The notes under the pieces: generated by a model
What the model saw: the letters and a program-made list of their open reading frames with translations, nothing else
The model's database searches: none
Told to the model about the DNA's origin: nothing
Position numbers and translations under genes: made by a program
Part shown: piece after piece, positions 10,880-20,669 of the stretch
Numbering within the stretch: position 1 is the stretch's first letter
Layout of the letters: each line of letters opens with the position of its first letter
From: an uncultured virus (IMG/VR IMGVR_UViG_3300024999_000052)
Taxonomy: Duplodnaviria > Heunggongvirae > Uroviricota > Caudoviricetes
Virus record (IMG/VR): IMGVR_UViG_3300024999_000052
DNA length: 64,000 nt
Strand: one strand, 5' to 3'

Positions 10880-11419
10880 ATGAGCAAGAATATTACTGTT
10901 AGGGATCTACTCAAAAACGTTAACGAAGTTCTGGCAACAAACTTTGCAAAGGAAATTATCAAAACTGGTTATGATAAATATGACACTGAAAATGGTCGAG
11001 ACGTAATCAGTTTATGGGATCTTCAGCGAATAATACAGGATGAATCGGGAGCCAACTTTTCAGCAGAAAGAAATGATTTGGTAATGTGGGGTAATGCGCT
11101 AACCATTAAAACTAAGCGCAAAAAGTCCGGCATCTTAAATAACTGGAAACATACAGACCAATTGACTGTTACTGAAATCTATACAGAAAATGAAATGGTA
11201 TTAGATAAAACTTTTGAAGAACTAAATACAGAAAGAGAGCAAGCGCAAAAAGATGATGAGCAAGAAGACAAAGAGCGAACTGAGCGCAGGAAACAAAAAA
11301 TAGTTAAAACCTTAAAAGACCACAACATGACATTAGATCAATTCGAGCAATTAATGTTTTCTTATGAAAAATTGGGATATAGAGACAAAGAGAGTTTAAA
11401 AGAAATGATGACGAACTAA
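10880..11419 (+). CDS. Hypothetical protein, paralog of 15952..16515
   Basis: Shared GYxKYDTENGRxVI and KTKRKKSG..HTDQLTV. Confidence 0.75.
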   Translation: MSKNITVRDLLKNVNEVLATNFAKEIIKTGYDKYDTENGRDVISLWDLQRIIQDESGANFSAERNDLVMWGNALTIKTKRKKSGILNNWKHTDQLTVTEIYTENEMVLDKTFEELNTEREQAQKDDEQEDKERTERRKQKIVKTLKDHNMTLDQFEQLMFSYEKLGYRDKESLKEMMTN

Positions 11420-11642
11420 GAACTAAGCAATTAGTTCTTTTTCTTTTGTCTTAAAATCATCCTACACGCTCACAGATTGCCTGTAATCGTTTATAATCTA
11501 ATATCCTATATAATCCTACCACTAGCAAACTATAACCCTTTAAACCTCAGTAAACATAAAAATAATTTTATTAAACATGACTATTTTTATTGATTCTGTG
11601 CTATAATAATAGAAATGGTACATATTAAAGGAGGTTCTTCAA

Positions 11643-12812
11643 ATGGCTGAATTTAAAATCTATGATGTAAACATGGAAGCACTTGAGGCCAAACTTGCTA
11701 AACTAAATAAAAAGGCTGTAAAACTGAATTGCGAACCCTTTGTACTAAACATTCTTAGCACTGAAATAGTCCGTAACGAGGAAGAAAAAACAGTCAATAA
11801 AGTCTATACCTTAGAACTTATCGGAAACCCTCCACAAATCGCAGGTTGGCAGTTTATTGGATCAATCGAACCCCATGATAACGCGAACTTGATCAAGGTT
11901 ATTAAAGGGGAAACCTATCCTGAAAATTATCGCACTCATGGAAACTATTGTGAACATTGCAAATCTACTAGAAAACGGAAAATGTTATATCTTGTTAAAA
12001 ACACTGAATCCGGCGAATATAAAGCAGTGGGTAAAACTTGCTTAAAGGATTTTACAGGACATAATAATCCTGAAGCGTACGCTAGTTTGTTGGAAATGTA
12101 CCTTGATTCTTCTTGGTTGGATGAATTTACCGGAATTCCTGAAGGTTCTGGATTAACTAAACAATATGACCTAGAAGAGTATTTAACCTATGTATCAGCT
12201 TGTATTCGTGATTCTGGATGGATGAGCAGAACTAAAGCACAAGAGGAAGAAAAACAAGCTACAGCAGATTATGCAGTCGATGTTCTGACAGCTTCGCCAG
12301 AAGAAAGAAAAAGATATGAATATCCTGAACCATCAGACCAGGACAGAGAACTTGCTCAAAAATCTATAGTATGGGCAAAAGAATTAGAAACGACAAATGA
12401 TTATCTAAACAATATTAATATTATTGCACTGGATGAGTTCACAAGTTATAAAAACATGGGATTTGCAGCGAGCATTGTTTCCAGTTTTACACGCCACATG
12501 GAAAGAGAAATTGAAAAGGAAATAAAAGTAACCGCAAAGAAACAAGAACTAATTTCCAACTACATCGGCACAATAGGCGAAAAGATTCAAACTGAATTAA
12601 CCTATATAAATTCATTTTCCTTTGAAACACAATGGGGAGCAGGACACATACACAAATTTTTAGATACAGAAGGAAACGTTTTTATCTGGAAATCCTCAAA
12701 TCCTGTAAGAGTCGATCAAGGCCAATTAGTAAAAATCAAAGGTACAATAAAAGATCACAGCGAATACGCAGGAGCAAAACAAACAATTTTAACTAGATGC
12801 AAAATAGCTTGA
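11643..12812 (+). CDS. Phage protein with Zn-binding CxxC/C motif and C-terminal OB-fold-like region
   Basis: CEHC..RKR..VGKTCLKDF; C-terminus IKGTIKDHSEY..KQTILTRC; own promoter and terminator. Confidence 0.7.
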   Translation: MAEFKIYDVNMEALEAKLAKLNKKAVKLNCEPFVLNILSTEIVRNEEEKTVNKVYTLELIGNPPQIAGWQFIGSIEPHDNANLIKVIKGETYPENYRTHGNYCEHCKSTRKRKMLYLVKNTESGEYKAVGKTCLKDFTGHNNPEAYASLLEMYLDSSWLDEFTGIPEGSGLTKQYDLEEYLTYVSACIRDSGWMSRTKAQEEEKQATADYAVDVLTASPEERKRYEYPEPSDQDRELAQKSIVWAKELETTNDYLNNINIIALDEFTSYKNMGFAASIVSSFTRHMEREIEKEIKVTAKKQELISNYIGTIGEKIQTELTYINSFSFETQWGAGHIHKFLDTEGNVFIWKSSNPVRVDQGQLVKIKGTIKDHSEYAGAKQTILTRCKIA

Positions 12813-13102
12813 AGGGATCTTAAAGACTAGGCCACAAACCTAGTCTTTCCTTTTGCCTATAAATATAAATTATATAAAAATCCTCCTTCCGGTTGTCACT
12901 GGCCCAAACACAACGCACAGAATGTCACCTATAAGCAATTAGAATTCATATCCCTATACAATCCTATATCTAACACGTTTTAAACTTATTAGAATCAAAA
13001 TACAGGTATACGGCCCATGAATGTTAAAATAATATTGACACGCTGACACAATTGTATATAATATAATTAATACATAAACTAGATAAAAAGGGAGGTGGCT
13101 AA

Positions 13103-13267
13103 ATGAAAGTATATGTAGTTTTACAAATTACAAATTATTCTAGTAACGAATTTTGTGGAGTTTTCAGAACATGGGATAAAGCACATTTAAAAATCAAAGA
13201 TATAATTTATGAATATGGAATTAAACAAGATAAATTATACATTCAAGAAAAAGATTTAGAAGGCTAA
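13103..13267 (+). CDS. Small hypothetical protein (54 aa, not in ORF track)
   Basis: TTGACA promoter at 13035, GGAGG RBS, MKVYVVLQ..CGVF, terminator at end. Confidence 0.65.
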   Translation: MKVYVVLQITNYSSNEFCGVFRTWDKAHLKIKDIIYEYGIKQDKLYIQEKDLEG

Positions 13268-13407
13268 TAGTCTTCTTTTTTCTTTGTCCAGCACCCTTTA
13301 AAAATCCATTTTTATAGGTTAAAATAGTAAAATAATATATTGACATATTAAAAAATGAGCGTATAATTATAGATAGTTACACAACTTAATAAAGGAGTTG
13401 ACCGCGA

Positions 13408-13626
13408 ATGACTTATACTGAAAAGTCTGAAAAATGGGCTAAAAAGTTGGGTTATGAATCATTTAATGCTTTATGGATGGCATCAGAAGAGGTTAGGGAC
13501 ATGGATAATAATCTCTCTTATGTTACTCCATATAGTGGAAAATTTATTACATATGATTATAACCTACGCAAAAAGGATATCCAAACCTTCAACACGCTCA
13601 AAGAGGCATATCAGAGTTTATTCTAA
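13408..13626 (+). CDS. Hypothetical protein
   Basis: Promoter TTGACA-17-TATAAT (13340-13368), RBS, terminator. Confidence 0.7.
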   Translation: MTYTEKSEKWAKKLGYESFNALWMASEEVRDMDNNLSYVTPYSGKFITYDYNLRKKDIQTFNTLKEAYQSLF

Positions 13627-13699
13627 AAACTAGAGCAAAAACTCTAGTTTTTCTTTTTAATTTAAGCAATACTAAAATTAAATAGGGGAGTGACAGCGC

Positions 13700-13900
13700 A
13701 TGGAAAAATTAACGAATGAGCAATACGCAGTAAACAATTTTAAGCAAAAATTATGGAATGAGTTGGAGCCTAATTTTTTAGAATTTATAAATCAAACAGT
13801 ATCAGAACAAGACATGAAAACAGACAATGAAAAAATCATGTTCTGGCGATTGCAGCAAATCTTAGAAATACTGAAGGAAAACGGAATAGATAAATTTTAG
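13700..13900 (+). CDS. Hypothetical protein
   Basis: RBS and terminator 13899-13926. Confidence 0.65.
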   Translation: MEKLTNEQYAVNNFKQKLWNELEPNFLEFINQTVSEQDMKTDNEKIMFWRLQQILEILKENGIDKF

Positions 13901-14705
13901 ACTAGATATTATCTAGTCTTTTTTTGTTTGCTTTACTTAATTACAAGCCGGATATATCCAATTTATCATTTCAAACTCTATCAGTATATAAAATACCTGC
14001 CACAAAAACACTGTTACAAGCGATTTAAAACCTAATCTATATACAATCACACTAGAGATAGATCACAAACGCTTAAAACAGTATCACAGAGTCTTAAAAT
14101 TGATTATGGCCTATTCTGACCTAAAATATAGTGTTAAGATCCGATGTAAATATAAAAATAATATTAAAATAATTAGTAATACAGCGCAATCAATAGCTAT
14201 ATATACGTAATGTCATATAAACAACTGTAAACAGGTTAAAACGAGGTTAAATGAGAGTATCTTTATTTATCAATATAGTTTAAAATAGGGATTAATCAAG
14301 GCAATGACAACACAAACAGCACTCGCCTTGAAAACTCAGTCAGTGATAAACTCAAAAATAATTTTCTTGAACTACTTGCAATCGAATCGTTTTTAGTTTA
14401 AAATTGACCTAACACCAAAAACAGTCAAACAGGAGGTTTTGCTAATCACAGACATTTAACATCAGTCCTACATACACCTAAAAGCATATCCTTAGAAGCA
14501 TCCCTCATGTATCGCCATAATAAACCATGTAAGATTTAGCCGAAAAACTCCTATCTTGACTTTGCCTCTAATAAAGGCCAGCTATACGAGTTTAGTAGAC
14601 GAATATCCTCTTCATTCAGTTTTATGGGCCTGGTAGGTGGATAGTGGGTTTCAATGATAGGATAGATCAAAGTTTAACCCTAAAATTTTTTTACACTAGT
14701 ATGCA

Positions 14706-14734
14706 TTGACGCGACAGAGTAAAAAGAGTAAGGT
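14706..14734 (+). promoter_or_regulatory. SigA-type promoter starting the structured transcript
   Basis: TTGACG-17-TAAGGT; predicted start ~14741, immediately before the first long stem arm. Confidence 0.55.
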
Positions 14735-14833
14735 TTAAGCCGCAAATTATCCCTTACAAAAAACTTGCTAAATTCTTGTCTTAATTTCTGCTCTCTTAAT
14801 CAAAAAATAAAATTAAGAAAGTGGGAAATAAAA

Positions 14834-15094
14834 ATGTCACAAACTCAAAAAGATTCTTTTCTAAAACTTGCTAAAGGTTCATGGCAGTATCAAATCCTGA
14901 AAGACCTGCTATCCAATTCAACTATAACAAATCCTTTAAAATCTCTTAAAGGAAAAGCTCGAAGCTACTCTTCAAAATATCAAACATCATTTTTCGCCTT
15001 ATTGCTCAGAATCGAAAAAGCAGGATATTCTATAACAATTAAATCTGGCCCAATGGGAGGCCAATGGGGATCTACATATACTTTGTCAGTATAA
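14834..15094 (+). CDS. Small basic hypothetical protein enclosed by an inverted repeat
   Basis: ORF; arms 14747-14796 and 15126-15172. Confidence 0.7.
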   Translation: MSQTQKDSFLKLAKGSWQYQILKDLLSNSTITNPLKSLKGKARSYSSKYQTSFFALLLRIEKAGYSITIKSGPMGGQWGSTYTLSV

Positions 15095-15235
15095 AGTTAA
15101 AAATAAATATTCTAATCTCGGAAAAAGAGAGTGGAAATTAAGACAGGAAGCGAGTATAATTGTAAGGGGTAAAGAGACAATTTAGTTTAGCTTAGAGCAT
15201 AGCAACATACTTAAAATTTAAGGAGTTGTTGAATC

Positions 15236-15403
15236 ATGGAAAACTATAACATGTTTGTAAATATTCATCCCGAAAATTACCAAATTATCACGGTTATCTT
15301 TAGTGATGACACAAAAGTTGAAAATGTGGAATTTAATCAAAAATTTTTATACAAAGATGGAAAATGTTTAGGTAGTTGCGCTATAGCAAAATATTGGATT
15401 TAG
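15236..15403 (+). CDS. Small hypothetical protein (55 aa) enclosed by an inverted repeat
   Basis: AAGGAG RBS; arms 15174-15204 and 15422-15452. Confidence 0.65.
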   Translation: MENYNMFVNIHPENYQIITVIFSDDTKVENVEFNQKFLYKDGKCLGSCAIAKYWI

Positions 15404-15517
15404 TCTTTTAACAATAACAAATGCTATGTTCTAAGCTAGGCTGAATTGTCTTAAAACCTCTCTTTCAAGCTATCTTGTTCCTGTATTTGCCCTCTTAATT
15501 AAGAGGAGGAAAATTAA

Positions 15518-15628
15518 ATGAAGCAAAGTATCCAAATCGAAAAACAAGGTTGTACATTAAACCAGTTTAGACCATGTTGGGAATGTCTCAGTTGGACAGA
15601 AGAAGGCGGTTGCCCATATAGAAAGTAA
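15518..15628 (+). CDS. Cys-rich micro-protein (36 aa) enclosed by an inverted repeat
   Basis: GAGGAGG RBS; MKQSIQIEKQGCTLNQFRPCWECLSWTEEGGCPYRK; arms 15459-15495 and 15675-15712. Confidence 0.6.
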   Translation: MKQSIQIEKQGCTLNQFRPCWECLSWTEEGGCPYRK

Positions 15629-15951
15629 AGTAAATTAACAAGTTGTCGAATATCCAATAACAAATACCCACACTAGAGGGTAAACACAAGAACAAGAGAA
15701 GCAAAAAAGAGAGAATTAACCAAAAACATTCTATAAATCCCTTCAGTTTATTCATTATTACAATTTAATCATAACAATTGCTTTAAACTTGCATAACAAA
15801 ATTAAAATGTAGGTTGCTTGCGATTTAATGATAAATTGTATAAACTTAGGCTGAAGGGATTGGATTTTCCGCAAGGTGTAAACTTATAATATATAGAAGT
15901 TTATGAGTTTAGACCTTGGGTAAAAATTTAAAGAATGAAAGAGATTATAAA

Positions 15952-16515
15952 ATGGAAAGAATTTTAACCATCGAAGAAAAGAACTTGACCCTTAGAGAAT
16001 TAATTCAAAAAGTCAATGAAGAGCTAACAGCCAATTTTGTAAAAGATGTTATTTCAAAAGGTTATAACAAATACGACACCGAAAATGGTAGAAAGGTTAT
16101 AGATATTAGTGACGTTCGCAGAATAATTGAAAGGTCAGCGAATGGGAATTACAGCTTTTATACTCAAAAGTTTGATATTGAAATGTATGAAACTAACATC
16201 CTATTCAAAACTAAGCGCAAAAAATCTGGTATGATTGGTTATAATCATACGGATCAATTAACAGTGGTTGAAATATTCACTGAAAGCACTGATTTATTAG
16301 ATATCTCACTTGAAACTATCTATAACGATGCCATTGAAGGTAAAAAGAAACGAGAACAACGCAAGGTAGAAAAGAAAGAGGAAGGAAAACAAATAATCAT
16401 CGACACGCTGAAAAATGCCAACTTATCTTTTAAACAATTTAAATCTTTAATGAACTTATACTCTAATTTAGATTGGGGTCAAAAGCAGGAAATTGAAGAT
16501 TTGATGAGCGAATAA
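15952..16515 (+). CDS. Hypothetical protein, paralog of 10880..11419
   Basis: Sequence similarity by eye. Confidence 0.75.
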   Translation: MERILTIEEKNLTLRELIQKVNEELTANFVKDVISKGYNKYDTENGRKVIDISDVRRIIERSANGNYSFYTQKFDIEMYETNILFKTKRKKSGMIGYNHTDQLTVVEIFTESTDLLDISLETIYNDAIEGKKKREQRKVEKKEEGKQIIIDTLKNANLSFKQFKSLMNLYSNLDWGQKQEIEDLMSE

Positions 16516-16527
16516 CCCTACCACATA

Positions 16528-16557
16528 AAAAAGACATTTCAACGGAGTGTCTTTTTT
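16528..16557 (+). terminator. Intrinsic terminator overlapping an alternative hairpin
   Basis: AAAAAGACATTT-CAAC-GGAGTGTCTTTTTT. Confidence 0.7.
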
Positions 16558-16658
16558 GAACTAAAGCGAACGTGTGTATGAATGGAGTAATTTCCCCTGC
16601 TGTAATTCGTCGCTTAGTTCAAAAAGGACATTTATTAAGTCCTTTAAATTAAAGGAGA

Positions 16659-16859
16659 GTGCTAAAAATGACAAACAATGATCAAAACATCCTAAATGAA
16701 ATGCACAGGAAATTTAGTGAGCTTGCCGGATTGCAGAGCGAATTATCACAAGACGCTCAACAAACTATTTTAACAATGCATGGAGAACATTACACGGTTG
16801 CCCATTGTGTAAGGTGGGGAGAAATTGCAATTTCTGAAGTTATAGACGAAAATAATTAA
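16659..16859 (+). CDS. Hypothetical protein
   Basis: ORF with AAGGAG RBS. Confidence 0.65.
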   Translation: MLKMTNNDQNILNEMHRKFSELAGLQSELSQDAQQTILTMHGEHYTVAHCVRWGEIAISEVIDENN

Positions 16860-16952
16860 TTCTTAAAGTTGATTGTAAGTGTACGCAAGCTAAACATATT
16901 ATAACAAAAGCTTGCGTATAGTTGGGAATCAATTATTAAGGAGTGGTATTAA

Positions 16953-18272
16953 ATGAAAGAAATGCTAGTAAAAACTTTTGGAATTGTGGGTTTAGTTGGT
17001 CAATTAAAATCAGGTCAAATTAACCGTGATGCTGAAATGCAACGTTCATTCGTGTGGGGTAACAAAGAGCAAACAGACCTAATTGACTCTGTATTTCAAG
17101 CTTTAACGACTTATATTCCACCTATAATTGGTGCTGAAACTGAGGTCGAAATTGAGATAAAAGGTAAATTAGAGAAAGTCATTGATCTTTTGGACGGAAA
17201 ACAGCGCAGTACCACACTTGAAAGATTCTTAAACGATGAAATAAAATTAGGCCATAACATTCGGCCTGTTGTCATTGAGAATGAAGATGAAACAGTAGAA
17301 ACATACATAGTCGCAGGTAAAAAATGGAGCGAATTACCGGACAGAGCAAAGCAAGTTTTCAAGAACTGTAAAATTCAAATGGTCTATTTCAAAGACATGA
17401 CACAACAGGAAAGAGAATTGCAGTTTATCAAACTCCAAGGAGGAAAGAAGTTAAGTAATGCCGAAGTTAACAAGGTTCGCATTGGTGATGAGGTTAGAAC
17501 ATTTATCTACAAGCAATTAGCAACAGATTTATGGACTAAATTCATTAATGTTTCAGCGAACCGAGAAGTAAAATTTGAGACTATGCAACAGGTTCTAATG
17601 GTTATGACTAATTCATTTGATCTTTCCGGCAAATCATTGCAAGAATTTTCGGAGGATTCTATCATGGTCGATGCTGAAACCATGGCACAAGTCGAAAGAG
17701 TCACAGAATATCTCAATGAAGTTGTAAAATTCATTAAAAAATTCTCTTTACCTGCAGAACTTCAAAAACTTGAAGAATCTGAAGTAATAGCAAAACTCGA
17801 ACCTAAAGAACTTAAGAAGTATCAGAAACCTATTGAATATCTCAAGAAGGTTCATGTCTCAGTTATCTATAACACGGCACTCAAGGCCATTCTGAACGAT
17901 ATCAGCGCAAAGGGTTTTGCTAAATTTGTTGCTAAATTCTTCTTTGATGTTCCTGCTAGATACAAAAGGTATACAGAGTCTGATACCTCTAGCGCATCAA
18001 GTGGAAAAATTAGAATTGAGGAAATGGATAAGGCACTGGTCAATGAGTTCAAAATTGTTGCAAAGGTTGCTGAAGTAAAAGTTGAAGAGGTTGAACAGAT
18101 TCAAGAAGTTGAGCCAGTAATTGAGCAAGAGGAACAATGGGAACAATCTTTACAAGTTGAAAACCTCGAATCTATCATAACAGATGAACCTGAAGAGTTC
18201 GGCAATAACGAAGAAGATAAGCAAGACGCTCAGTTAATCATTGACATTACAAATAATGCCAATGTTGCTTAA
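16953..18272 (+). CDS. DUF262 (ParB/Srx-fold, GmrSD N-terminal-like) protein with acidic tail
   Basis: QRSFVW, LIDSV..IPPI, LLDGKQRSTT, FIKLQGGKKLSNAE. Confidence 0.8.
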   Translation: MKEMLVKTFGIVGLVGQLKSGQINRDAEMQRSFVWGNKEQTDLIDSVFQALTTYIPPIIGAETEVEIEIKGKLEKVIDLLDGKQRSTTLERFLNDEIKLGHNIRPVVIENEDETVETYIVAGKKWSELPDRAKQVFKNCKIQMVYFKDMTQQERELQFIKLQGGKKLSNAEVNKVRIGDEVRTFIYKQLATDLWTKFINVSANREVKFETMQQVLMVMTNSFDLSGKSLQEFSEDSIMVDAETMAQVERVTEYLNEVVKFIKKFSLPAELQKLEESEVIAKLEPKELKKYQKPIEYLKKVHVSVIYNTALKAILNDISAKGFAKFVAKFFFDVPARYKRYTESDTSSASSGKIRIEEMDKALVNEFKIVAKVAEVKVEEVEQIQEVEPVIEQEEQWEQSLQVENLESIITDEPEEFGNNEEDKQDAQLIIDITNNANVA

Positions 18273-18432
18273 TAATCTTTAGTAGTTTTGAGCCTATGCG
18301 TTAAGATAATAACAAAGGCTTAACGCATTGTCGGAAAAACTTAAAAGGAAATTTATTTAAGGATGTGATGAATATTGATTGTATTTATTTAATTTAAAAT
18401 CTAAATTATAAAATGAAAGAAGGAATATTTAA

Positions 18433-19185
18433 TTGACAAAAGTTAAAACCGAAAATAGACTTGGAGAATTTTCTAAAAATAGACACGGAAGTATTATGCA
18501 AATAGTTAAATATAACAATTCGGAGAATGTGGAAATAAAATTTGATAATGGGTATATTACAAATTGTTGCTATAGAGTATTTAAAAAAGGAGAAATATCT
18601 AATCCTCTTGATAAAGTGTATTATAATGTTGGTTACTTAGGAATTGGTGAATACAAACAAAACATTAGATCATATTCTATCTGGCAAGATATGTTTAAAA
18701 GATGTTATAGTGAAAAATATTTAGTAAAGTACCCTACATATATAGGGTGTACTGTCTGCAAAGAGTGGTATAACTTCCAAGTTTTTGCTAAGTGGTATGA
18801 TGAAAACTATTACATAATACAAGGTAAAAGAATGGAACTTGATAAGGATATACTAATAAAAGGGAATAAGGTATATTCTCCTGAAACATGCGTATTTGTT
18901 CCACAAGACATAAATTATTTGTTTGTAAAATCTAATAAGTCAAGAGGAAAATATCCAATAGGCGTATATTTACATAGTGACAAGGATAAATTTGTGGCAC
19001 AGTGTCATGATATTAATAAGAAAATGGTGTATTTAGGTAGGAGTAATACTCCAAACGAAGCTTTCAAGGTGTATAAGGATTATAAAGAAAAACTTATAAA
19101 GGATATTGCTGATATGTATCGAGAACTAATACCGGAAAAATTATATAAAGCTATGTATTCATATATAGTAGAAATTACAGATTGA
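18433..19185 (+). CDS. Phage HNH-type homing endonuclease-like protein
   Basis: WQDMFKRCY..YPTYIGCTVCKEW..ELDKDIL..YSPETCVFVP; C-terminal AP2-like PIGV..YLG. Confidence 0.75.
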   Translation: MTKVKTENRLGEFSKNRHGSIMQIVKYNNSENVEIKFDNGYITNCCYRVFKKGEISNPLDKVYYNVGYLGIGEYKQNIRSYSIWQDMFKRCYSEKYLVKYPTYIGCTVCKEWYNFQVFAKWYDENYYIIQGKRMELDKDILIKGNKVYSPETCVFVPQDINYLFVKSNKSRGKYPIGVYLHSDKDKFVAQCHDINKKMVYLGRSNTPNEAFKVYKDYKEKLIKDIADMYRELIPEKLYKAMYSYIVEITD

Positions 19186-19295
19186 CTTAATAATTCTTAA
19201 ATAATTGTATCTGTAATCTAGACAATAACAATTGTTAACTTGTTATTGTCTAGTATTCGAGGTAAAGTTATTAAAACTAAAGGAGTGAAGTTAAA

Positions 19296-19529
19296 ATGAA
19301 AAGATATGCAAAGGAAATTGAGGGTTATATATTTGTTGGCAATACACCAAGCGAAGGAGACTTACCAGAACTGAAGAATGTTAAATATCAAATTGGTGAA
19401 CTTGCTCTAGATATTCATGGAAAAGTAATTGACAAAAACCATATGCTTCCATTATTTGTGGCAAAAGAAAGTTATGATGAATACAACAGAATCATGATGG
19501 CACAGTTGAGCGCAATCAGGAATAGTTAA
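19296..19529 (+). CDS. Hypothetical protein
   Basis: ORF with RBS. Confidence 0.65.
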   Translation: MKRYAKEIEGYIFVGNTPSEGDLPELKNVKYQIGELALDIHGKVIDKNHMLPLFVAKESYDEYNRIMMAQLSAIRNS

Positions 19530-19749
19530 ATCATATTTTCAAAATACTATGAGAAACCCATGCAAAATTGTAAAATAATTATTTAGGGAATTAGCCTTAA
19601 TTCCCTTCTAAGTTCATACTAAAAGTGATATAATATATATCATAAGATTATGAGTTTAAAAGGCAATTGTGGATAATACTTATAACAATTGGCCTAGAAT
19701 AAATCAAAGGAGTAAAGTTTCGAAATTAAGAAAGGAAAGGAGTCTTAAA

Positions 19750-19968
19750 ATGAATGAAAAAGTTATGGCAATGAGCGACGAAGACTTAAAAACTGCATTT
19801 GAAGAATTTAGTGCTCACGAAAGAACACAAGTCCTTCAGGATGGAATCATTAAAAATCTAGCAGAAGAAGCGAGTAAAGAGGATGAATTTACAAATTATG
19901 GAATGTTAATTATGAATGTAGAATATGTGCTTCTAAAAGAAATGGCAAGAAGATTTTACATGTCTTAA
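19750..19968 (+). CDS. Hypothetical protein (family with 38998 and 62663)
   Basis: MSDEDLK..LLKEMARRFY resembles the ExAKR-ending paralogs. Confidence 0.65.
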   Translation: MNEKVMAMSDEDLKTAFEEFSAHERTQVLQDGIIKNLAEEASKEDEFTNYGMLIMNVEYVLLKEMARRFYMS

Positions 19969-20083
19969 AGTCCCTTTGATGGTGCTTTTACTTCAATTGA
20001 AAAATTACAATCTTTTCAAATTGAAAATCCAATTAGTTCATATGAGTCGTGGGAAATCGAAGAATTTAAAATTATAGGATAAA

Positions 20084-20150
20084 GGTCGATACTAGCACCA
20101 AATTCAACAACAGTGCTAGTATACACGTTAAGCGTGTACTGATGATGACC
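20084..20150 (+). ncRNA. Hammerhead ribozyme, type II, variant core (GAUA instead of GAAA; extra U after CUGAUGA)
   Basis: GGUC-GAUA-CUAGCAC..GUGCUAG-UA-UACACG/CGUGUA-CUGAUGA-U-GACC; predicted cut after A20121. Confidence 0.75.
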
Positions 20151-20176
20151 AAAAAATTAAGAAAGAAGGAATACAT

Positions 20177-20566
20177 ATGAAAAAGGAATTATTAGCAATC
20201 AGAGTGGAGACCACTAACAAATTGACACTGAGAGTTATTGACTCACTTCTTGACCGTGAAGAAAACGAAATCGAGGGATATATTGAAGACTTAATGCAAC
20301 ATGGTTGCCAATCTGGTATGGTTTCAGAGCTTATTTATTACCATGACACTGTAAAGTTCTATGAGGAATTTAAAACTGAAATTAAAGCAATGTTCAAAGA
20401 ATCTCTAGAAGAAACTGGTTTTAAATCTCCTAAAGAATTGTTTGGAGATAAATGGGATGACGAGGACTTTTTTGCAGAAGAGGATTTAAACAAAAATTTA
20501 CTAGCGTGGTTCGCTTATGAAGAGACAGTAAAAAACATTGCTTATCAATTGGAAATGGATGTTTAG
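20177..20566 (+). CDS. Acidic phage protein (HGCxSG..LIYY family; possible DNA mimic)
   Basis: HGCQSGMVSELIYYHDTVKFY; D/E rich. Confidence 0.7.
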   Translation: MKKELLAIRVETTNKLTLRVIDSLLDREENEIEGYIEDLMQHGCQSGMVSELIYYHDTVKFYEEFKTEIKAMFKESLEETGFKSPKELFGDKWDDEDFFAEEDLNKNLLAWFAYEETVKNIAYQLEMDV

Positions 20567-20567
20567 A

Positions 20568-20639
20568 GCCATACTGAGGAGCCTTAAATTAGGCGAAACT
20601 AGCATAAATTCTATAACAGAGTTAATGCTAGTCTATGGC
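20568..20639 (+). ncRNA. Hammerhead ribozyme, type I
   Basis: GCCAUA-CUGAGGA-GCCU/AGGC-GAAA-CUAGCAU..AUGCUAG-UC-UAUGGC; all three stems pair; cut after C20633. Confidence 0.93.
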
Positions 20640-20669
20640 AAATAAGGCCAATTAAATTAATGAAAGAGG

